Below are positions 11,701-26,489 of a stretch of 59,795 nt of DNA, in pieces. A program made the translations under genes and the position numbers. Position 1 is the stretch's first letter; each line of letters opens with the position of its first letter. This stretch comes from Ruditapes philippinarum (lineage: Eukaryota): NCBI RefSeq assembly GCF_026571515.1, contig NW_026859932.1, positions 186,001 through 245,795 on the forward strand. Reading direction: 5' to 3'. The notes beneath the pieces are model-generated. The model was not told the origin of the DNA. It did not search any database and worked only from the letters and a program-made list of their open reading frames with translations.

Positions 11701-14700
11701 TTTCTTCATATTGTATTCTTTTCCCTAAAAGACACAATAGTAATTAGCTAATGGTTACGTCATTTACATACTCAATAAAGTTGTACTTTAAAAATAATTT
11801 GACCCGATCTGTCTCAAATTCAGATATTTGTTGTCTTTTGTTGTTTTTTGTCTGAATATTTGTTTCTATTTCGATTATTTTCTCAGTTACTTCTGATATA
11901 CCAAATCAAATAATAAGCAGTCGTAAACTAGTATAAAAAAGAGCGGATTATATATTTTCAAGAGATTCCCAATCAATTCGATAAATTAAATGACATTTTA
12001 TATACATGTAGATATATAAATAAATTCTGCAAGACGGTTAACTCACTTATTGTAACTTAACTTTGACATTTCCATTGCTTTTAAAAATGCATTTGCTCTG
12101 AGGGATTAGAATTTAGACGTTTGCTCATTTCAATAAACATTGCCGACACTGTTCTGAATATAAATTAGAAAGAAGAAACGTTTATTCCCATGAAGGGACA
12201 AGTTAGATCTTGTTTTACATCGCACTTAGTTTCTCGTCAATTTTCATTAAGAAATATTGAAGAAAATATTAAAGAAAACACACCCCGGAGGTTCAATAAC
12301 GCAGCAATGCTCTGCACGCGAAATATATAATTCTAGAGAACAATGTTTGCAGTATATAGCAAATCAGGATACATGAGGTATATTTCTGTAATTAATGAGA
12401 AAATATCACCAAAAAGTCGTGCATTCAATGCAGATATCATGATTGCAAATGAATAAACAAAATGTTTCAACTCATAACAAAAAGGACAATCATGATTTAT
12501 GTTTTGTATTTAATTTCTAAAACATGAAATTGTTAACTTGATCTCAGTATAGTGAGCGCATACTTTAAATACATATATTAGTATTTTTATATTCTTTACA
12601 TCATTTAAACAAGGCAATGAAAGATATTCTATTTTGAATACGACGGCAACGAACACCATGCTAAATTTGATCAGCAAAGCAAGTTGAACAAAATCAAGGG
12701 TATTACACGTCCAAACATAATATCTTCAAGTAAAAGTAGAGACTTAATATAGCATCTGTCGTCAAAGTTGCAAGTCAACAATAAATTTCTGGTGTAATGC
12801 ATGTGTAACTAAGTTATTATTCGTTATTTTATCGAGGATAAAAAGTACTGTTATATAAGATTATTTGAATCAAGGCTCTGTTTGTTCTTAATATGAAAAA
12901 GGGACTAATATCTAAAACAATCAACTGATCCAACGGTGCAGCGTTATATAGAAATTTGTTTGGTCGAATAATGAAACAAGAAATCACTTGAATAAAAAAA
13001 GCGCAAGCAGATTTCTAATAATATATTAATAAAAAATATAAATTTAGAAACACAAACAGTTTCGTACTAATTTAACATTTAATCGCGTTTATCCATTTTC
13101 AGAATGGAAAGGTAAACTTAAAATCATTGGTCTGGTATTAAATATTTTAGTGTTGTAAACTTTCCCATATAAGTGTTACTGTTATTGTATGTTTGTTAAC
13201 ATAGTTATGGGAATATAATATTCTTGTGTTTATATAGTGGTCAGTCAACAGCAATTGAGAAGTATGTTTAAATATGGTTTAATTTCTGAAGAAAACAAAA
13301 ATAGTTTTCTTACATGCTCAAACATGAAACGTGTTTATTATGTTCGGATATATCCGAGTAAAACATTGGTTTATAAATTAATCAAAGTCCTTATATAATT
13401 CATTCATTTCATAGCTACTACGCATGTTGCATGCTTTGCTTAATCACGATAACGGAATAGGCAAGACCATGTAATTTAATAAACGAGGAAATACAGTTTT
13501 TTTGGTTTATATAACGATAAACTAATTCATGATAGTATTTTCAAAAATAATTTAACACATATTATCTTTCTCTGATTTCTAATTACCGTAGCATGCGTTA
13601 GAACCCGGAGAGTCACAAAGCTATTTTTAGCTAGCTATTTCTAAATACCGAAGTAAATAGGGCATATTTCATGGCATGGGATTATTATGTCCTTTTCTTG
13701 ACTTCCAATGATTTCATCGAAATAGCCTCTGTGTTTGTTTACTATCTTCAACGCGACACGATATATAAATATCTAGCGGATTGTTCATTGAACACATTTG
13801 ACTCGAAAGAACGCTTTGGGTAATAGCCACCTGGTTTTTGTTTCTTTTTGTTCTAGATTTTAATAACTCATCATTATTAATATATAAATTTTCAGATATC
13901 GTCTCCGTAAGTTTAATGAGCTGATTACTTGGAGCACAAGGAGGGTTTTATTCACATGTAGAATGCTTTTATTAATCCTAACAATCTGTCTCGTCATCCT
14001 GAGAGAAAAGATGAGGGGCATCTTCATATATTTTATTTGGTTTCACTAGCACGTCGTTATTACACCATTATATTTCGTTATTCTTGTTTATCACCAAATA
14101 ATGATTAATTCTTTTTTGTATTTAGTTAATGACTCGCATTATATATCATTGAAGTTACTGAGGAGCAACGAAGTTATTCTGTAGAATTATTATTTAGAAG
14201 TGCGTAAAAACGACCTGGATTATAGCATATGAACTTGGTCTGCGGAGTCCAATCTTATTTTTTTTTGTGCCTTATTATAATCATTGCTATAGATTCGATC
14301 TATGGACTTTTTGATGATTTAGTGTGTAGAGACATGTTTATTTTTTCATTTTAGAACCGAAAGCGAGAAATATACATATTTAGACAGCGTGTGGGTATTC
14401 AGTGATATGATTTGTTGTCAAGGATCACATCCCTTTTCCACAAAAATAGTAAGTTATACAAACAACGAAAAACATGACCTTGATTATTATCTTACAGTTT
14501 GATTTTGTTTTTTTACAGGCGTTACATTATTATTCTACACGTGCATAGTTGTTTGGATATTGATTAATTGGATTTGATGCCGTATATAGAGCTGTCATAA
14601 ATATATATAAAACTGTCCCCTACATCTTATTAATCTACTAGTGTGAAGATTTTCATCTGATGCGATATTCATATAAAATTTACTAGGCGCGATTGAGTAT

Positions 14701-15099
14701 CTTACAGTAGTATGTTATATTGATACAGGTGAACTTCTTCTGTGGGCGAATGGATTGTTTTAATTATTAATATTTATATAGTTAGATAACCATGTTTTTA
14801 TTCCTGTTCCATTAAAGCTTAATTGTTGGTATTATCTCAGTATCTGAATTAAATCACGAGTTTGGTAATGAGTGATCTATACAGTTTTAACAGTGAAGGT
14901 TATCATTGAATAAGTGTCAGAGAGTTCTCAATTTGAGCGTTTTCTCTAATTTTCATTTCGAGTTCGTGATTTTTCGATGCAGATTCTGTGAATTGCTATA
15001 ATAGATCTAGTGTAAGTAAGAGTAATATCTTTTAGATTGTCTCTTATTCTTTTTGAGAAAGAATATCTGTGTAGGAATTGATGATGATTGTCACCGTTG

Positions 15100-18000
15100 A
15101 ATTATTTCCGTTTTTATGTTTACGCGGGTTATTTATATTGATTTGGTACTTATGGAGACTAGACCTGGGAATATATCGAGCATTCTCTTACATTACAGGA
15201 GAAATTATTCCTGAATTTTGAGACGATCGGGTCATTCTTTTAAAGTACAAACTTAATGAGGTTATGTTTTATTAGTTATTGTTTTAGAGCGGTACTTAGG
15301 ATATGAATAGAGTGCGATTATCTTTATATTTTTTTTTTTGGTTGTCATAGTGGGTATACAATCTGGACTTAGAGAGAAAGTTGTATGTTGGGGTACTGTT
15401 TTTTGTTTGACTAGTTTCTATGGTTATAAGGTCATTCGTGTTAATAATGTCGTTGTATGTTATGTTGGGTAGGGCGCGTATTAGTTTGCTGGGATTAATA
15501 TGTTTGATTGCAAGGTAGAATTGTAGAGAGGCGACGGTAGTGTGTGATGGTTTTTTTGTTGTTAGTTATTAGGTTTTTATCTGGTTGTGATTGACTATAG
15601 AAAAAATAGTATTTGTTTAATTAAAGTTAGTACAATTAAGGTTAGAGTTAGTTTAATATTATATATGTGTAGATCATATTCTAGATTGAAAGACAGATTA
15701 GGAAAAAGTTTATTGCTGACAAGGTTTAATGATGATAATATTAAAATATAAGATCTTATTGATAATACATTGAATTCTAGCGTTGATTATTTTTAGTAAT
15801 GAAGAATGGTTTTTAATTCGAATAGGAAACAGATAATAGTTATTATTAACAGGAAGTGTAATTGTATAGATATGACTATATGGAAATTATTAATCGTATG
15901 ATATGAATATTGTGTATAGGCACGAGTAAATTCTATTTTTATAAGTTTTTAAAAAAATTGAGTATGCAAAGGGTTAAAGAAATGAAATCCTGTGTTTTCA
16001 TGATTAACCTAATCATTTTATAATTGATTAATTTAGTGTTAACAATACAGATGTTTGGCAGCGATGTGGCAGTTAGTTGTATATGTGCGTTTAAAAACAC
16101 AACAAACATAAATATCCATTTAAATTAGTCAGCATGGGTATGTTTATATTTGTCGTTTTCATAAAAGCGCCAGACAGTTTGTTTTAGAGCCTTTTTTTAA
16201 TGTTCGAGATTCTTGTTATGTGTGTATGAGTAAGATATTTAGTGTGGGATAAGCATTGCTGTTGTAATTGTTTTGAGATTCTTTCTTTAGTTCAATTTTA
16301 TTTAGTTTAAGTAGAAGTGATAATGTAGATGGAAGAAGCTTAATTGATAATATTGTTAGAAAATTATTTAAGTTTTGAGTGTGTTTAGAGAATTTTGACG
16401 TTTTGATGTAGATTTAAGAATATTTGATAAATAATTAACCAATTATACATCCCTAATGTTTATAGTGTTCAAATATAACTACATTATTATAATAAGTAGC
16501 CGGAGATATTGAGTTATTCGGCTAAAACATATATTTTGGCATATGATCAACGTACTGAATAGAATCATTTTAATTATAAAAAGTTAACAAAAATAGTATT
16601 TTCAGCACAGTATGAAGAAGATCACCAAGTATAGAATCAAAACTATCACTAAAAATAAAGTCTATTACCGTTGATTATATTATGTTCCATAAGGACATTT
16701 TTTGTTAATCTTTTCTTTGATTGCAATAAATAAAAATGAAAAGGTGAAATATTTATCAATAGAAAGTGTTAAAATCAATAACCATTGGCTTGCCTATTTT
16801 TCTATGTCCGGTCGGTGTTATAGTGACATTATCAACAAATTTAGATAATACGTAGTATGGTTTTAAATGTAAGGCATGAGATTGAAATAGTATTTTGCAA
16901 TATGTAAATAGAAGAATAATAAAAAATCTAGAAAGGTTAGACGTAATAATAATTTCACATATCTTTGTATTTTAACATTATAAAGATGTTTTTTTACACA
17001 TGAATATATATATAGTATTTATATATATATAAATGTTCTTATACTTATATATATTATATATATGAGTCTAAATATTTATATATCTCAAATTGATTCTTTC
17101 CGTTTATTACATGGACAAGACTAATGCAGTTTTTATATTTCCTAAGCAATTAATTTATTTGAGAAATTGAATTATTCTCTAAAGTGGCAGTATGAAATTC
17201 ATGACAATTCAAACTATTGCCGTGATAAAACAAGTATGGATTATTATATAAATTCGATTTAGATAGAATAGATGTAAACGGGACAAAACTCACTTGTTCG
17301 AAGCTGGTTAAAATGCGTGTCCGTTACAATTCATTCAGCGCATTGTTTGAAACCAATGAACTATCATGTACGTTGTCTTATTTCGTTTCTTTTTTAAAAC
17401 ACACGGAAATTAAGTCGTAATGATCTTGGATGTCGTAAATGGTAGACCCACATCATTGACATTCATTATGATCTGCTCTTTTAGGCTGTAGCTAAAATAT
17501 TCTCCTCAGCATGTTTTCTATGCACATCGTTTAGAACGGCTCAATTAAAGCTTTTTGTTCACAAGGATAGTCTTAACGCAATAATTTTGCAGACGAACCA
17601 TGATTCAATAGTAACGTCTTTCACTACATACATTACAGTATAATAATAAATGTAAATACAAAGAAATTAATGATATTTCTTGACTATGTGTAGACTTATC
17701 TTTTAAAACAACGCATAAAATTGTAAAGGTATTTTTGGACAAAGGTTAACAACGTTTTTTTAGACTTTACGACATTCCGAAGCCACTCTGTAAGACGAAT
17801 TAATCATAAAAAGTAGCGTGACGGCGTGGGCCGAGTGTTAAGCGATCGGACTAGTAATCTAAGGATGGACCACGTGTGGTTCAAGCTTAGTAACTGGTTG
17901 GTTCCAAGGATACGGATTTCGTAGAGTCACATGTATAACCTTTATAGCTTCCAACACAGATCGAACTTAAAATATAAATTTGTATAAACTAAACCATAAA

Positions 18001-18818
18001 AATTAATGAGTTATTTATTTCCGCGTTCTCATCGAAACGAGGTTTGAAGAAATAACTATGATAATAAAAACAAGAATTTATTATCTAAAGTTGAATAATG
18101 AACTTATGTTAACTGCGAACAAGAACTATAAGATAGTTTTGATTATCAATGGCCGCTCGAAATTAAATATTTTCCTATCTCAGAAAAAAAATATACATAA
18201 AAAAGTCAAGTATCTGCTATATGACATACCCTAAACACGCATAATAATACAGGTACATTTGAAAGTATATTATTAAAGTTGCTTTGTCTTTAAGAAAATA
18301 TTCTAATTCCAACCAGTTCAATATTAAGTTTGTTATAAGCAACAATATCAATAGCATAACATAAGTCCAGGAACACCTAACACCTTGTATTAAACATAAT
18401 AAAAAAATATCCATTTAACCTAAAAATAAACCAGTTATAATTGTCTTGATTATGTACCTGTTTTGTCGTCCGCCTTCTATATTACCTTCATAGAGCCTGT
18501 GACACTACGTGCATTGACGTCATTTTTACTTATTGATTTATTTCCTCTCTTAGTTTGTCGTCTACGTTGTGGTATTTCTGATGTACAGACATATTGCTAG
18601 CTTTCCAAATATATCTGAATTATTGCACCCTGAAAAGCATATACTGTAATATTACAATTAAAAGATAAGAATCAAATACGGTATTTATTTCCCTTTATGG
18701 AAGGATACAATAATCTTGAGATATCTAGAGTGCGCTTATCTCAAATATAGTGGATGATAGTCCAATTTGTATCTATATAAGTACAAGTGTTTATCAAAAC
18801 TGAAATCCAAACAAACCA
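15100..18818 (-). repeat. Degraded inverted copy of ~8,068-11,950 (probable fold-back/chimeric assembly artefact)
   Basis: 18,121-18,204 is the reverse complement of ~8,377-8,460. 17,810-17,930 carries the SINE with the copy-2-specific 54-bp deletion. 18,781-18,818 matches 8,068-8,102 in reverse. Dense indels throughout. Confidence 0.85.
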
Positions 18819-21600
18819 TATTGAAGAAAAACATACCACCCCTTGAGAAGATGCACACTATGTATATCATTCTACTGTTCTGCACCTGCGGAATACATTA
18901 ATACAGTTTTATTAGTTATCCATTTTCATGAATCATAAACACTCAAGGATAAGCCTTATCGTCACATGTTGAGGAGAGATTACTGCGCGAGTGTATACGT
19001 GTAATGCTTCAAAATTTTCTAGTCCCATCTTGTCAAAAAAACCTTAGCGAAGTCCCTTTAAAAGATAGTTATATTTTTTGTATCGCCATGTGAAACAAAA
19101 ATCACTGACAAAAGATAGACATCCTGCATTAAATTCAGATATCGAGATTTTAAATGAAACAACTCACAAAAAGTTGCTATTAATGTTATGTATTTGAAAT
19201 TCAAACATACAACTGCTTTATTATGTGTTCGTTTGAACTCAGTTGTCCAGATTGAAATATTATCGTGCTAACATTAGAAATACATATGTCAGTATATCTG
19301 TTTTCCTACTTCAGCTAAGCTAGGCAAGATCCAATTTTGTGGTTATTCTATTCCTAATTCGGATGGCAATACAAAACATACTGACTGCATTTTATAATAA
19401 ATTCTTGATAATTAATGTAAAATGTTATATATTCCAATGAAACACAATATTCAACTTCACATTGATGCGGTATGATGTAAACATTTTATGTGACGTCCGT
19501 AACATTTAGTCGAACATGATAATTCGTAATAACAGTAAAACTGCCAGTAGTATGATCTTCTAGTTTTTGTATTTTGAGGTTAAATAACTTATAAGAAGCA
19601 ATAGGTTTTATGCCCTATTATGATTGTTGTTCGGTTGTTATTGTTTATTGGGTTCGATCAAGGAATCAATTGACCACATAACACGGCCATTCCGCTCTAA
19701 ACACTTTAATTTTAACATAGGAGTTAGTACAAAAAAATTGTAATGAAATTCTTAGAATACAGGTTTACTTTTTTAGTAGTCGATCAAACGTTTTGGAAGG
19801 AACTGGATCAAAAGGTTCTGAAAGTGAATTTACTCGGTAACATCTATCACTAACATCTATATAGAATTTCTTTGGTTCAATACGTAATATTATAACCAAC
19901 TTAAATAAAAAAAAGTCCAATGTACAGACAAAATTATAAATTTTGATATATTGCTATCTTATAACAAACATTAAATCACATTTATCTACTTTAGAAAGGA
20001 TATAATTTGGTCTGGACTTGTATTAATACAATTATTTTTCTAATAATAAACATAGAATGTTATCTATTTAAGATTTACGGTCTGTACTTTTGTCTTGAAT
20101 GTATACGTTTTTTGGCTGAGACAGGAAATGAGCTAATATCATATTGAATATCAAATCGTCTTGTTTGTACTTATATATCACACATTTAATTTGATGTAAT
20201 AAATTATGTCTTTCTATTCTTTTTTTGCTATTGATCTTTCTCTAATTGAACTTTATTCTAATGATTTAATATCCCAAAGTCCCTCGATATCCCTTGTCAC
20301 GCTAAACTTTTATTTTTTATTTCTAGGAATAATTAAGTTTAAATATGGTTTACCTTTCCAAAATAAGTGTTGTTGCTATTGTGTAGATGTCTTGAACAAT
20401 AGGTGATATTCGTATGAACACACATGCGGATGTTTTTAAATGCAAAATTATGTTGAATTTGCTTAACTACCCGGCCTGGACGGTTGATTTGCACATTTTC
20501 ATTTTTAATTTTGCCTTTTTGAACCAATTTAATTACGGTTCTGTTTCACTTTGTATTATGTTCTACAATCATGTTAACGCATATAGTGAAAACCGTAATG
20601 CTATTGAACCGTCTGTACAAATATTGGTTTAAGTCATTTATTCCCTGATTTCGAAGTAACAAAAAGGTTAATCAATGCTCTTACATGCGCATAGGAACAA
20701 GTCTCTGAGATATTTTACGTAGCGACTAAAAGACGTCATTACTGATGCCAAAATGGGTGTCTAAAGTTTGTTCCTATCAATTTATCACTCATTTCATGAT
20801 ATCGCGTGTTTTAAAACATGAAATAAGAACGTGGCAATTGTTCATTAGTTTCAGAACAATGCATTTAAACTTTTTTATTCAAATTACATCTTGTATAGAT
20901 TGTAAAAAAAAACAACATTATTTTGCAGCTTCAAAGAACTGAAATCTAGTTTTACTACGCAGTTTTGATGTTTATAATTCATTCTAATTTTTATGCACTG
21001 TTGTTTGATACTTATTTTCACGAGATTTTGAATGTCATTAATATGGAAATATGGAATTCCCTTTCTTTTATTTTATTTTGTTGACATTAATGAGTGTCTG
21101 TTCATTTTAAATAATCTGGAAATCAATTAATAAATATTTTCAAATCGATAAATCGATTGAATTACGTTTGATAGAAAAATGTAATGATTGAATTTACGAT
21201 TTCAAAATAATCAAGTTAACATTATTGCCATTTTTTTTTAAAGTATAGCAATGATTGAAAGCACTTTTTCAATTTTCTGACAGCTTTTATAATTATTAAG
21301 AGTCTTGCTAAGATGTAACGATTACAATATTGCTTCCCCATATCATATTGCCATACAATAATGTAAATATAAAAGCTAGAAAGTTATTGTAAATATCAAC
21401 TTTCTTTTGTTAAAATAAGGCTGGCGATACTTGTTTAGGTTTCATGAGTTTTCATTTCTCATTCATTTTTGTACCATTTCCAGAGAAAATAACTTCGTTA
21501 TTTGGCATTTTCAAACAGGACAAAGAACTTGATATGGTATTTCTTTTGTAAATCAATATAAGTGTCAATGATACAAAAACAAAATAATAACATGTAATAT
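18819..21600 (+). repeat. Segmental duplicate of 31,797-34,800
   Basis: Collinear and highly similar from ATATTGAAGAAAA(A)CATACC onward. Lacks the SINE present at 33,105-33,312. Confidence 0.9.
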
Positions 21601-23002
21601 AATTACTTATTTTTCACAAGTATGAAAAAAAATATACTCTTTACAATCATATTTGCATATTAAAACCAACATATTCATGAAACTATTTAGGAATTTAATT
21701 TGGCATGGCATTACTATAAAATCTCTTTTTGTTTGTTGTCCTGGCGGATGCCTTACTGATGCTTTTGTGTGTCTGTATGAATGAAGCTCTCCATTTGTTA
21801 ATCTGAGCACATTGTTATGCTATAAAATAGTGAATATTCCATTGGCTTATTTCATTTTTTTCTTCTGTTTCTCATGTCATTTCAGCAATTATTATAATAA
21901 ACTAGAAAAAAATAATGTCGAATATATGCCTATTCGTATCAGAAGCTTTATGAATTCCCAATTTACGCTGATAAAAATCTATTGTTTTGCTTGTGCGTTT
22001 TATTGTGCTTACCTAATAACATATCAACTTCCTTAAATGAATACAAATTAAAACGAAATGCACTAAATGATACCGTTTTAACAAAATTATACTAAGATTA
22101 ATATATTGATGCTGATAGTAAAAACAAGTTAAACACTTAAGGTTACACACTTTATAATCAAAACTTGTTAAAGTGTATAAAGCTACATCCTTTGTTAAAG
22201 TGTATAAAACTATATTTTTGTTGCCTGTAGTATACAAAATGTTTGTTTTGAATTTAAAAAAAAAGATAATTGGGAAATGCGTGTATGAAGAACACATGTT
22301 CGTATATTTTTTTAGCAAAATGTGTATACACGAAATTATTGCTAAACGGTAAACGACCTAGTTTAATATTTCTGTTTTCGCAAAGTTTTCCTATGTGATA
22401 AATAACAGAAACAGTCTAACTTTTTTTAGAATCGACCATAAAGTTTTGGAAACAATATAATTTTATCGATTTAAACCTTTAAAAAATATTTAAAATATTT
22501 CATTAGATAAAGCTTTATACCGTTTAACATTCCGTATCCTTCATCATTGTTTCGTTAACGTTTTTCATTTCTATGTACTAAGTAAAATGTTTTACAAATG
22601 TATCACATACTCAAAACAAAACACGACTAGTTTTATTTCAGATGCTTGGCGCCGCTCTTTTTCTGGAAGTCATTATAGATATTGAAAGTGTCTGTTTAAA
22701 TACGATATACGTGTGCAACATATTAAACAGATGTCCAAATGTTATCGGTAATATTCTCTAACAACACAATGACAGTTTCTAAAACCAGGTCAATACCGCA
22801 TAACCTATATCCTGAAAACGTTTCTGTTTGGTGCCAATATATAGAGAATAGACTCGCTTACATTTTTTTTTTAATATTGCTGTGATCTCTTGTACAATTG
22901 TATGGTTAGACTTGCTTTTGCAGACAGGTGTTATAAAGTCCTAATGATATCGCACATTTCAAAATGACAGACAATAGTGAAAAATGTCTTCTTTCTTTAA
23001 AT

Positions 23003-23035
23003 CCCCCCCCCCAAAAAAAAAAAAAAAAAAAAAAA
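23003..23035. repeat. C10-A23 homopolymer tract
   Basis: Read directly from the sequence. Confidence 0.9.
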
Positions 23036-26000
23036 TTTTTCAAGTTTTAATAAGAAAATAATCGTCTTTTCTTAACAAAGTATTCCCATTATTTTTTATA
23101 AATATAAATGAAAAAAGCAAAGCTTTTGGAAGCCGAAAGTGGAAATGTCGGTCGTCAACAAAGACTCAAGACTGCACATTGCAAATGTCAAGATCGGTTA
23201 AGGATCGAATTTGCAACATTTTAAATTTTGTTGTTTTAAGCGTATAATAAGAGATTCCGTTGTTCTCTATTTCATGCTACCGTCCACGCCCCCAAGTACC
23301 TTCGTATGCATTTTTACATATGTTGATATCAATAATCAAGATGACATACATTGATTATTTTGCTTTATATTTTACCAATTTAACACTTTTTAACATACAT
23401 ATTAAAACACCCCAAAAGAATCTTCGTTATTGGATGTCTATTTGATGTATCGACAAATGGAGAAAAATATTTTGAGAATTGAAAGTCACTGTGTTATTTC
23501 CGCTCTGCGAACAAAAGGAAGTGATGTTGTCATCGTAAACAATAAAATGTGTTTTCTGTGCGCTGTGAAAGAGAACATTCTACGGACAAAGTACAAAAAA
23601 GACGATGCAAGTAATTACAGAGTAATTTCACTTTTTATATTGTACAAGCTACGATTAAAATAACATATTGTAATGGTAGTGATTACTACTTATTTTACGG
23701 AATTTCAATAAAAAATTCACTTTCCACAATTCATTTATTAATATGAAGATATTCTATTGATTTTCCAAGTCATGGCATTGGGTTAACAAGTTGGAATGGA
23801 TATTTTTGTGTATTAATTACGGAGCAGCATTAGTAAATGAAGTATGTGTTGCTTGTAATATACCATATCTCACTTTGTGTATCTACTGTTTATATTTATG
23901 TATTAAACGTTAATAATGTTTTGTCTGAGGCATGATTAATATAGTCAAAGTGTATTTAATATGTAAACGATATTCTTGATACCTTGAAATATACTTACAA
24001 ATAATTCAATGTGAGCATATCCTTTTGAATAGAACGATCTTTCTGTATTGTGACATCATGTCGCGTGACATTAAATTTTTAAAGTTACATGTATATTTGT
24101 ATTTCTCAATTGTCAAATATTCATGTAACAAAGTTTTTCTTAATTTCATACAAGCGTTGCTTTAGTAATGGTCTGTTTTGCTTTAAACTGTATTTCTAAC
24201 AGGTAAAACATATTTGCTTTTTAAAATGTCGTTAGGATGTTCTAGCTCCAGGACCATGATTTTTACGCCTTTCAGTTCTAAAGGTTACATGTATGTACAT
24301 GTCAATAGACAGAAGACGGATAAACTATTATTTTGCACACTGAATGAAATAAGCAATTCCAAAGAAGGTAATACCGCAAGTTCATAAATCCTTTACTTTC
24401 AATGCCTTTATCGCGTAATTCTGGCCAAAGCATTGCCTTTGACATATCTGAATTACAACTGGTCAGACAATAACTGTTTTTTAAGTCACATAATCTATGG
24501 TAACAAGTGAGTTAATTCAATAACAATTAAAATCGTAAATATTTTATTTCTGTACGCCTATTGTCACCGACACAAACTAAAGTATTCTTCGAATGGTCAG
24601 AGTGTAAAAAAAATAATTACTAATTAATTACTTGGTATTTTGAAGCATATTTTGAAATGTTTAACTCCAAAGACGTTTAAACGAAGCGAACCATTATTAC
24701 TTATATCTTTTTAGCCTATGTTCTGCCTATTGTCTATGCTAAAGTTTTGTTCTCAATTTCCGTATGTTTTATACTGCGCTGTTATCTTAACACCAAGAAC
24801 ATATTTCATTTTACAAATGACAGGTCCTGTTGAAACTCTAGTTAAGGTGACTTAATCAATAAAGAAGCACTTCACTCATTTGTTTGAAATCCGATCAAGC
24901 TGATAACCTATCAGAGTCGTATTACAATTGCTGATAAAAACTACTTAAATTATATTGCCTTCCAGCTTAATTAACTGTAGTAGTACAATAATTAACACTG
25001 CATGTGACAAAAATAAAATTAGAAATGCAAAACAAACACTCTGAGATTTCTCTTGAGTAATATTGGTGTTGTTTAAATTAGAATAACGTAGCCATTTAAG
25101 ACTTTAAAGATCTTAAACATATAACAATTTGTAGAAATAGCAGAAACTCACGTTGTGCAATGCAGCTTACATGGCCTGCAAAAGATTGTGTCAAAAAGGT
25201 GCTATTTAACAGAGCATTCAGCATTTTAAAGTATTTCAAGTAGAACAACCTTTCTACTTTTATTATTTTATATTGTCCATATTGATGAAAAGAGATGAAA
25301 CTTATAAATGCGTACGTTTTGTCTAAATGAAAAACATCAAAAGTCGAAAAACCTATTAACACAATTATTAAAGAGTCAGAAAGATCATTATCCTTCATTT
25401 TTATGTTATATTTGACATACAACAAGCTTGGATATATATATATAATGCTTTCTTAAGAATGTGTTACTTTGTAATTAGCTCGATATGACACATTCTGCAG
25501 GAGTTCGAAAATGATACTTAAATCGTTATATGTTATGATTCGACTGTACCCACCTATTGACAGGCCTTCAAATGTTCAGAATATTTTGGGATATTTTCGA
25601 TTATAGCTTTTATTATTTCTTAATTAAAAAATAGCAGTCTTATATTCGCGTAAAACAAGATATACAACACTTAGCTGTTCTTAGTTTTATGTTATGTTTC
25701 CTTTTTTATTATTTTGCTTGTTTGCTTGCTTGTTCGTTTTTCTTGTTTTTCTGTTTGCTTATTTGTTTGATTTTTTAGGTAAGGATTTCAAAATCATTTC
25801 ACTATCAACATTTTATATAAAAGATAAAGGTTTGCTTATTGTTACTAAACGTTTGCATTTCCATGATAGTTGTATGCGTGTTGCATTTGCTCCGTGAGGT
25901 TGGTGTTAGACATACAAATTAACATTGCCGACGCTGGTCTGAATATAAATCAAGAAGATGAAACGTTTATTCCCATGAAGGTACCAGCTTAATTATGTTT

Positions 26001-26489
26001 AACATTGCACTTATGCTTTGTAATAAGTTTCATTATAAAATATTGAAGAAAAGATGCCCACGAGATAAAATGTAACAACCTTTGTCTGCATGCGGAATAT
26101 GCTACTGAATATTAACTTAATACTAGCTTCCGCAATTTGCACATGGTACCTGTATTAGGACTTCCACGTGTATTGGCTTAAATATTCAGTATGTAAAGTT
26201 ATAAAGAATAATATTTGTCCGTTACAGAATACAAATTAATTATGATACATGAGGTATATTTTTGTAAGGCAACCTAACAGTTTGGAAATTCTGCGGTCAA
26301 TTAAATTCAGATAAACTCAAATCTAAACTAAAATATGAAATCATTAAACATAAGTCAGGCATAAAGACTTTAATAATTATGTTATACAGCTACCATACTG
26401 TATTTTTGAACTTAATTACCCAGATTTAAATATAAAATTTCTTTCATTAGAAATACAAACACATATCTGACCATACCGCGCAAAGCACT

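Larger units (their letters stand above)
1..15080 (+). repeat. Recent ~8.3 kb direct tandem duplication (1-~7,500 vs 8,301-~15,080)
   Basis: Position 1 (acttgtattgatttgtttac...) recurs exactly at 8301, and the copies are near-identical over several kb in clean stretches. The second copy becomes very noisy after ~13,400. Confidence 0.92.

Noticed and set aside
22165-22210. Short direct repeats (TTGTTAAAGTGTATAAA x2; also 5,256-5,298, 42,209-42,244 and 44,835-44,870)
   Set aside because: Ordinary slippage duplications.
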